Shown one piece after another: positions 57,304 through 64,000 of a DNA stretch of 64,000 nucleotides. The stretch lies in the NCBI RefSeq assembly GCF_003991155.1, contig NZ_CP031293.1; one strand, written 5' to 3'. Under the pieces are notes generated by a model. The model worked only from the letters and a program-made list of their open reading frames with translations, did no database searches and had not been told where the DNA came from. The position numbers were made by a program, and so were the translations under genes. The DNA is from Escherichia coli. GTDB taxonomy: Bacteria; Pseudomonadota; Gammaproteobacteria; Enterobacterales; Enterobacteriaceae. How positions within the stretch are numbered: position 1 is the first letter of the stretch; each line of letters opens with the position of its first letter.

Positions 57304-58299
57304 ATGAATGAATTTATAAAAGAACGGTTTTCGTATTTAGCAGATAATAAAAAAGAAAACGTCCCAGAGCTAAATGTTTCCTACGGTATCGATAAGAATT
57401 TTTTGTATGGTGCTGGCGTTTCAATTTCTTCCGTTTTGATTAATAATTCAGATATTAATTTTGTCTTTCATGTTTTCACTGATTATGTGGATGATGATTA
57501 TTTAAAGTCATTTAATGAAACAGCAAAACAATTTAATACCTCAATTATTGTATATTTAATTGACCCAAAATACTTTGCTGATCTGCCGACGTCACAGTTT
57601 TGGTCGTACGCGACATACTTCAGGGTATTGTCCTTTGAATATCTGAGTGAAAGTATTTCCACACTGCTGTATCTGGATGCCGATGTCGTTTGTAAAGGAA
57701 GTCTGAAACCTCTCACAAAAATTATATTTAAAGATGAGTTTGCTGCGGTTATTCCTGACAATGATAGTACTCAGGCGGCATGTGCAAAACGTCTTAACAT
57801 TCCCGAAATGAATGGACGTTATTTCAATGCAGGCGTTATCTATGTCAATCTTAAAAAATGGCATGAAGCAAATTTGACACCGTATTTACTCACGCTTTTA
57901 CGAGGGGAAACTAAATATGGCTCTCTTAAATATTTAGATCAGGATGCGTTGAATATCGCATTTAATATGAATAATATCTACCTCGCGAAGGATTTTGATA
58001 CTATTTATACCCTGAAAAACGAACTTCATGATCGTAGTCATCGAAAGTATCAGCAAACCATTACCGATAAAACAGTATTGATTCACTATACAGGGATAAC
58101 TAAACCATGGCATAGCTGGGCTGGATATCCGTCTGCATCATACTTTAATATCGCGCGTGAACAATCTCCCTGGAAGAAATATCCTCTTAAAGAGGCGCGG
58201 ACTGTTGCAGAAATGCAGAAACAATATAAGCATCTGTTTGCCCATGGTGAGTATATAAAAGGCATAACTTCATTAATTAAGTACAAGCTTAAGAAATAA
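57304..58299 (+). CDS. waaT: GT8 LPS core alpha-1,2-galactosyltransferase (R1-type waaT position)
   Basis: 331-aa GT8 protein second after waaP, before waaY. Confidence 0.55.
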   Translation: MNEFIKERFSYLADNKKENVPELNVSYGIDKNFLYGAGVSISSVLINNSDINFVFHVFTDYVDDDYLKSFNETAKQFNTSIIVYLIDPKYFADLPTSQFWSYATYFRVLSFEYLSESISTLLYLDADVVCKGSLKPLTKIIFKDEFAAVIPDNDSTQAACAKRLNIPEMNGRYFNAGVIYVNLKKWHEANLTPYLLTLLRGETKYGSLKYLDQDALNIAFNMNNIYLAKDFDTIYTLKNELHDRSHRKYQQTITDKTVLIHYTGITKPWHSWAGYPSASYFNIAREQSPWKKYPLKEARTVAEMQKQYKHLFAHGEYIKGITSLIKYKLKK

Positions 58300-58308
58300 A
58301 TTACTCTT

Positions 58309-59001
58309 ATGATTACAAGTATACGTTACCGCGGCTTCTCATTTTATTACAAAAATAATGATAATAAATATAAAGAAATCTTTGATGAAATACTGGCCTA
58401 TAATTTTAAAACAGTAAAAGTATTACGTAATATTGATGATACCAAAGTATCGTTGATTGATACGAAATATGGTCGCTATGTTTTTAAAGTCTTTGCTCCG
58501 AAAACGAAAAGGAATGAACGTTTTTTAAAATCTTTTGTAAAAGGTGACTACTATCAGAATTTGATCGTTGAAACCGATCGTGTCAGAAGTGCAGGTCTTA
58601 CTTTTCCTAATGATTTTTATTTTCTGGCTGAGCGTAAAATTTTCAATTATGCCAGTGTTTTTATCATGCTTATCGAGTATGTCGAGGGCGTAGAGCTCAA
58701 TGATATGCCGATTATTCCAGAAGATGTTAAAGCAGAAATTAAGGCTTCAATGGAAAAATTGCATGCCTTAAATATGCTATCGGGCGACCCACACCGGGGT
58801 AACTTTATCGTTAGTAAAGATGGTGTCAGGATAATTGACCTATCCGGTAAAAGCTGTACGGCAGAGCGTAAAGCTCGTGATCGTCTGGCCATGGAACGTC
58901 ACCTGGGTATTGCCAACGAAATAAAAGATTATGGCTACTATTCAGTAATCTACAGAACCAAACTACGCAAATTTATTAAAAAATTAAAAGGCAAAGCGTA
59001 A
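58309..59001 (+). CDS. waaY: LPS core heptose(II) kinase
   Basis: 230 aa, WaaY-like kinase (MITSIRYRGFSFYYKNND...). Confidence 0.75.
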   Translation: MITSIRYRGFSFYYKNNDNKYKEIFDEILAYNFKTVKVLRNIDDTKVSLIDTKYGRYVFKVFAPKTKRNERFLKSFVKGDYYQNLIVETDRVRSAGLTFPNDFYFLAERKIFNYASVFIMLIEYVEGVELNDMPIIPEDVKAEIKASMEKLHALNMLSGDPHRGNFIVSKDGVRIIDLSGKSCTAERKARDRLAMERHLGIANEIKDYGYYSVIYRTKLRKFIKKLKGKA

Positions 59002-59026
59002 ACCACACAGTCAAAACGGAACCAAC

Positions 59027-60055
59027 ATGGATTTATTAGCTGAGAGTATTACTGAAGTCGCTGTCTCTGGGGAAATTGCTAACACCGATCGTGTGTTAAA
59101 TATCGCTTACGGTATTGACCGCAACTTTTTATTTGGTGCAGCAGTATCTATGCAATCAGTTGTTATGCATAACCCGGATCTTGCGGTTAAGTTTCATCTC
59201 TTTACTGACTACATTGATGAAGATTATCTACAACGTGTTAATGCTTTTACCAGCAAAAATGCTAACGTTGAAGTAAGAATTTATAAAGTATCCAGTGCCT
59301 TTATTGATATCTTCCCCAGCCTGAAACAGTGGTCTTATGCAACATTCTTCCGTTTAGTTGCGTTCCAGTATCTGAGTGAAACTATTGAAAATCTGTTATA
59401 TATCGATGCTGATGTCATCTGTAAAGGCTCATTAGCTGGATTGCTTGATATTAATTTTGATGGCGATAAATTCGCAGCTGTTATTAAAGATGTGCCTTTT
59501 ATGCAGGAAAAACCAGCGAAGCGTCTGGCTATAGAGGGGCTTCCAGGGAATTATTTCAACGCCGGTGTAGTATATCTGCAGCTTGAAGCGTGGGCGAAAA
59601 ATGATTTTATGAATAAAGCCATTGCTATGCTGGCAAGTGACCCGCAGCACACGAAGTATAAATGCCTTGATCAGGATATTTTAAATATTCTGTTCTTTGG
59701 TCATTGTATTTTTATTAGCGGCGATTATGATTGCTTTTATGGCATTGACTATGAGTTAAAAAATAAAAGCGATGAAGATTATAAAAAGACCATTACCGAT
59801 GATACTAAGCTGATTCATTATGTTGGCGTAACGAAGCCCTGGAACGACTGGACGAATTATCCCTGCCAGAAGTATTTTAATGAGGCTTATCAGGCTTCTT
59901 GCTGGAATGATGTGGCGTTTATTCCAGCCACGAATGAAAAGCAGTATCAAGTGAAATACCAACATGCAAAGAAAAATGGTGATACGTTTAACGCTTTTAT
60001 TTACTTCATTAAATTCAAATTAAATAAGTATAAAAGAAAACTATTTAGGCAATAA
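59027..60055 (+). CDS. waaW: GT8 LPS core glycosyltransferase (R1-type waaW position)
   Basis: 342-aa GT8 protein after waaY. Confidence 0.55.
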   Translation: MDLLAESITEVAVSGEIANTDRVLNIAYGIDRNFLFGAAVSMQSVVMHNPDLAVKFHLFTDYIDEDYLQRVNAFTSKNANVEVRIYKVSSAFIDIFPSLKQWSYATFFRLVAFQYLSETIENLLYIDADVICKGSLAGLLDINFDGDKFAAVIKDVPFMQEKPAKRLAIEGLPGNYFNAGVVYLQLEAWAKNDFMNKAIAMLASDPQHTKYKCLDQDILNILFFGHCIFISGDYDCFYGIDYELKNKSDEDYKKTITDDTKLIHYVGVTKPWNDWTNYPCQKYFNEAYQASCWNDVAFIPATNEKQYQVKYQHAKKNGDTFNAFIYFIKFKLNKYKRKLFRQ

Positions 60056-60136
60056 TAAAAATTATGGATGTCTAAGTTACAATAATAATTAAGGATGAGT
60101 CCTATCATATTTTATTAGTTCAGGCAAGAGAACACG

Positions 60137-61120
60137 ATGAGCAATGATTACCCTTTAGTATCCATAATAATACCGACGTATAATTCATCTGATTACATTA
60201 CTGAAACTCTAACGAAATTAGAAAAACAAACTTACCCAAATTTTGAAATTGTTATTGTTAATGATGGTTCTAAAGATAACACATCAAATGTTTTGAGAGA
60301 GTATGGGTTAACCCACTCTCGATTAATTATTATCAATAAAGAAAATGGCGGTGTTTCGTCTGCCAGGAATACAGGTATCCGCAAGGCGCAAGGACAGTTT
60401 ATATGTTTTATGGATGATGATGATGAGATAGATCCTAACTATCTGCTGAAGATGTATTCCAGACAACATGAGACGGGAGGGGATGCGATTTATTGTGGGC
60501 TTTATGGACATCATATAAAAAATGGTGTTACTTACTCACCTATAAATACAGATTTTAATGAAGGGTCTTTACTTTTCGATTTTTTTTATAAAAAGGTCAG
60601 ATTCCATATAGGGTGCTTGTTTATAAGAAAACAACTCCTGGAAGATAATAATCTTTTTTTTGATGAAGATTTACGACTAGGAGAAGATCTGGATTTTATC
60701 TATCGACTGCTAATTACATGCGATATGTATGCGGTTCCATATTATATGTATAAGCATAACTATAGAGAAAATTCCCTAATGAACTCATGTAGAACCATCA
60801 CTCATTATCGACATGAGTCATTTGCGCACGAAAGAATCTACTCTTCTGTGATGCAGTTATACAAAGGTAACCGGAAAGAAGAAATTCATACATTATTGAG
60901 TAAAAATAGAACTTATCATAAAACTCGTTATTTATGGAATGTTCTACTTAATGGCGATTTTGAATTATTAAATCAATTAGTTGAAAGCAATGAAAAAGAA
61001 TTGAAAGATTGTAATCTTCTTGGCAAGAGAGATAAGAGGCGAGCAAAAATATTAGCATCAAAAAACTATATTCTCTGGAGGATGGTAAGACTGGTAAATA
61101 GAAAAAAGAATAAACGTTAG
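60137..61120 (+). CDS. waaV: GT2 LPS outer-core beta-glycosyltransferase (R1-type waaV position)
   Basis: 327 aa with GT2 motifs (IIIPTYNSSDYI, VNDGSKDNT, DDDDEID). Confidence 0.5.
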   Translation: MSNDYPLVSIIIPTYNSSDYITETLTKLEKQTYPNFEIVIVNDGSKDNTSNVLREYGLTHSRLIIINKENGGVSSARNTGIRKAQGQFICFMDDDDEIDPNYLLKMYSRQHETGGDAIYCGLYGHHIKNGVTYSPINTDFNEGSLLFDFFYKKVRFHIGCLFIRKQLLEDNNLFFDEDLRLGEDLDFIYRLLITCDMYAVPYYMYKHNYRENSLMNSCRTITHYRHESFAHERIYSSVMQLYKGNRKEEIHTLLSKNRTYHKTRYLWNVLLNGDFELLNQLVESNEKELKDCNLLGKRDKRRAKILASKNYILWRMVRLVNRKKNKR

Positions 61121-61165
61121 GTCTTGCATTAAATAACCCATCCTCGTAGCATAGGTTGAAATTAT

Positions 61166-62419
61166 ATGTCGTTTTGTTGGAAAGAAATTAACTCTGGTGT
61201 CAAGTCTTTAATTCTCATATTATGTATGTTGTCTTTAATGACTTTGTCTTTGTGGGATGATGTTGCAACAAAGTTTCTTCATGCAGCTGGAATTATATCT
61301 GCATTATATTTTCTAGCGACAGCAAAAAAAACAATAACTAATAATCCTACTTTGTTAATTTTTATCTCATTATGTCTTTTGGGTATCGTTAATATCATCT
61401 GGTATTCACATTATAAAGTTTCAGGCTCGGTTTATACCAATGCATATCGTGGCCCAATGGAAACTGGAAAAATTGCCTTGTGTAGTGCTTTTATTTTCTT
61501 AGTTCTTTTTGCTAAAGATGAGATGAGAACAAAAATAAAATTTGGGAAACTAATTCTGTTCGCATCCCTGGCAACGCAGTTACTTTTTTTTGCGCATGCC
61601 ATGTGGCAACATTTCTATTTAAACGTAGACCGTGTTGCATTATCAGCTTCCCACGCTACAACAGCAGGCTACATCATCCTTTTCCCTTCTTTACTGGCAT
61701 CAATTCTCATTTTAAAATGCGACTTTAGACATAAAACAACATTATATACAATTAACTTCATGCTTAGCTTATGTGCTGTCATAGTAACTGAAACGCGTGC
61801 AGCCATATTAGTGTTTCCATTCTTTGCGTTACTATTAATCGTAATGGATAGTTATATTAATAAGCGAATTAATTATAAGTTATATTGTTTTATTGCGATT
61901 GCATTATTAGCAGGTGTGTTTTCTTTTAAAGATACATTGCTTATGAGAATGAATGACTTAAATAACGATTTAGTTAATTATTCGCATGATAACACCAGAA
62001 CTTCAGTCGGTGCCCGTCTGGCAATGTATGAAGTTGGTTTAAAAACATATTCTCCAATAGGACAATCACTGGAAAAACGCGCGGAAAAAATACATGAACT
62101 AGAAGAGAAAGAGCCTAGATTAAGTGGCGCTTTACCCTTTGTAGATTCTCATTTGCATAACGATCTCATAGATACGTTATCAACGCGTGGTATTCCTGGA
62201 GTAGTATTAACAATTTTAGCCTTTTCAGCAATATTCATATATGCCTTAAGAACTGCTAAAGAACCTTATATTTTAATCTTGCTTTTTTCACTACTGGTAG
62301 TAGGCCTAAGTGATGTAATACTCTTTTCTAAACCGGTTCCGACTGCTGTGTTTGTCACCATAATATTGCTTTGTGCTTATTTTAAAGCACAATCGGACCA
62401 ATGTTTATTAGATAAGTAA
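61166..62419 (+). CDS. waaL: O-antigen ligase
   Basis: 417-aa polytopic membrane protein at the end of the waaQ-direction gene string. Confidence 0.75.
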   Translation: MSFCWKEINSGVKSLILILCMLSLMTLSLWDDVATKFLHAAGIISALYFLATAKKTITNNPTLLIFISLCLLGIVNIIWYSHYKVSGSVYTNAYRGPMETGKIALCSAFIFLVLFAKDEMRTKIKFGKLILFASLATQLLFFAHAMWQHFYLNVDRVALSASHATTAGYIILFPSLLASILILKCDFRHKTTLYTINFMLSLCAVIVTETRAAILVFPFFALLLIVMDSYINKRINYKLYCFIAIALLAGVFSFKDTLLMRMNDLNNDLVNYSHDNTRTSVGARLAMYEVGLKTYSPIGQSLEKRAEKIHELEEKEPRLSGALPFVDSHLHNDLIDTLSTRGIPGVVLTILAFSAIFIYALRTAKEPYILILLFSLLVVGLSDVILFSKPVPTAVFVTIILLCAYFKAQSDQCLLDK

Positions 62420-62429
62420 TGAATATGTG

Positions 62430-62461
62430 AAATAAAATCAGCAAGGAAGCTGATTTTATTT
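62430..62461. terminator. perfect 13-bp inverted repeat between convergent waaL and waaC (bidirectional terminator candidate)
   Basis: AAATAAAATCAGC-AAGGAA-GCTGATTTTATTT, A/T runs on both sides. Confidence 0.7.
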
Positions 62462-62488
62462 CAAAATTATCTATTAAAGAGTTGTAAT

Positions 62489-63469
62489 TTAAATCATGGC
62501 AGCTTTTTCAGCGTTTTCTTCAATGAATTGCTTAACAGCATTTGCTGTCAATTGAGACAACTCATTCCCCGGAGCCCTACAAACCATCTGATTCTTCCCA
62601 TACCCGCCAATTAATCCCGGATCGGTAGGTCCATAAACCGTGATATTGGGTCTATCCAGTGCCGCCGTTAAATGGCTTAACCCCGTATCCACCGACACTA
62701 CAAATTTAGCTCCGGCCAGCACGCGGGCAACGCCTTCCAGACTCATCTTCGGCAATACTTCAACATAAGCAAATCCTTCCGCCAGTCGTTTCGCCCGTTC
62801 TTCCTCATGCGGCGCGCCCCACGGAAGTTTAATCCGTATTCCTGAATCAGCCAGTAAACCAATCAATTCTCGCCAGTGTTCTTCCGGCCAGTGTTTATCA
62901 TCACGGGTCGTCGCATGAAGAAATACGGCATATTCGCCAGCATCTGTAGGCCGGTTCGTCAGGAAATGCTGTGCGATAGCATAATCGCCCTGGGTTTGCG
63001 GTTTGCTATAGCCCAGACTTTTGGCAAACAGTTCGCGGGTGCGTTCTACGGCGTGCTGCTGTTTTGCAATATGATGCTTACGATTGTAAAACAGGCTGGC
63101 TAAAGGTTCGCGAGCGGTTTGCCAGTCCATGCCATGCTTTACGCCATGCGCCAGACGCGTCACCAGCGCCGCGCTTTTTACCAGCCCCTGAGCATCGATA
63201 ACTGCGTCATAGTTCTCTGCTTGTAGCGCTTCACGAAACGCTTTGCGTTCAGCTTTTATGGGGGCCGAGAACCAGGCTTTACGCCAGCGACGTATTGCCA
63301 CAGGAATAACTCGCTCAACGGCAGCGTGCCAGGAAGGAATCTGTGCGAACCCTTCTTCCACCACCCAGTCAAACTTAATTCCTGGGATTGCCTGCTGGGC
63401 ATCAGTGAGTGCGGGCAACGTATGGAGAACATCGCCCATCGACGATGTTTTAACGATCAAAACCCGCAT
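62489..63469 (-). CDS. waaC: LPS heptosyltransferase I
   Basis: MRVLIVKTSSMGDVLHTLPALTDAQQAIPGIKFDWVVEEGF... Confidence 0.95.
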   Translation of the reverse strand: MRVLIVKTSSMGDVLHTLPALTDAQQAIPGIKFDWVVEEGFAQIPSWHAAVERVIPVAIRRWRKAWFSAPIKAERKAFREALQAENYDAVIDAQGLVKSAALVTRLAHGVKHGMDWQTAREPLASLFYNRKHHIAKQQHAVERTRELFAKSLGYSKPQTQGDYAIAQHFLTNRPTDAGEYAVFLHATTRDDKHWPEEHWRELIGLLADSGIRIKLPWGAPHEEERAKRLAEGFAYVEVLPKMSLEGVARVLAGAKFVVSVDTGLSHLTAALDRPNITVYGPTDPGLIGGYGKNQMVCRAPGNELSQLTANAVKQFIEENAEKAAMI

Positions 63470-63472
63470 CCG

Positions 63473-64000
63473 TCAGGCTTCCTCTTGTAACAATAGCGCG
63501 TTGAGTTCTTCCAGTACGCGCTGGGGAGTAATGTCGATCAAGCTCTGGTGATAACCCTCCGCAGCGTCACCTTTACGCACTTTGTGATAGCCGGTAATCA
63601 GGCGGATCACGCGCGCTTTATGGGATAGCGGCGGTGTGAAGTCTGGGCTACTCGGACCATACAGGGCAACCAGCGGACGATTGAGCGCCGCCGCAACGTG
63701 CATCAGGCCAGAATCGTTAGTGACAATGGCTTTACAGGCTGCAATCAGGATAACCGCTTGATCAAGCTGTGTTTCCCCCGCCAGGTTACGACACCATGCC
63801 TGCTGCTCGGTATTCAAAGCGGCAAGAATCTCATTGCCCGCTTCATGATCTTTCGCCGAGCCAAACAGAACCACCTGATAACCTTCATCAATCAGCTGCT
63901 TTGCCAGCTCCGCATAGTGGTAGTGTGGCCAGCGTTTTGCCGGACCAAACTCCGCTCCGGGGCAAAAGCCAATCATCGGACGTTCTGATGAGAGCGAAAA
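63473..64000 (-). CDS. waaF: LPS heptosyltransferase II, C-terminal part only (gene runs off the window end)
   Basis: GT9 C-terminal region immediately upstream of waaC on the same strand. Confidence 0.85.
   Translation of the reverse strand, partial: FSLSSERPMIGFCPGAEFGPAKRWPHYHYAELAKQLIDEGYQVVLFGSAKDHEAGNEILAALNTEQQAWCRNLAGETQLDQAVILIAACKAIVTNDSGLMHVAAALNRPLVALYGPSSPDFTPPLSHKARVIRLITGYHKVRKGDAAEGYHQSLIDITPQRVLEELNALLLQEEA

Noticed and set aside
56271-58299. K-12-type waaS/waaB assignment for the genes following waaP
   Set aside because: Both ORFs are GT8-family proteins directly followed by waaY, which fits R1/R4 (waaO-waaT) rather than K-12 (waaS-waaB-waaO)

Overview
This window reads as an Escherichia coli chromosomal segment in reverse K-12 orientation, with a mosaic genomic island at tRNA-Sec (selC) occupying roughly the first 18 kb and conserved backbone after it. 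All calls are from reading the sequence and recalled protein families; no searches were run. The island (1..~18000) holds a divergent tnaC-tnaA start, a degenerate IS66-family element nested with IS21-family fragments, an eight-gene putative acid-sugar/beta-keto-acid catabolic operon (4837..11581), an LpxL-like short ORF, a frameshifted NmrA/SDR gene, a BhsA-like gene, a MarA/SoxS-like regulator gene clipped by an IS1 with 9-bp target duplication, and a P4-type integrase beside selC. The backbone runs yicJ-yicI, an ~7 kb frz-like PTS/aldolase operon inserted between yicI and yicH, then yicH, xanP, gltS, recG-trmH-spoT-rpoZ-gmk, ligB, yicG, dinD (with LexA box), yicC, rph-pyrE (with attenuator), slmA, dut, coaBC, radC, rpmB-rpmG, mutM, coaD, waaA and an R1-type waa LPS core locus ending in waaC and partial waaF. 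The strongest candidate for an undescribed system is the eight-gene operon, which pairs OtnK/OtnC/OtnI-like enzymes with a DUF849 cleavage enzyme and a BASS transporter but lacks the usual dehydrogenase. No CRISPR array or rRNA was seen.
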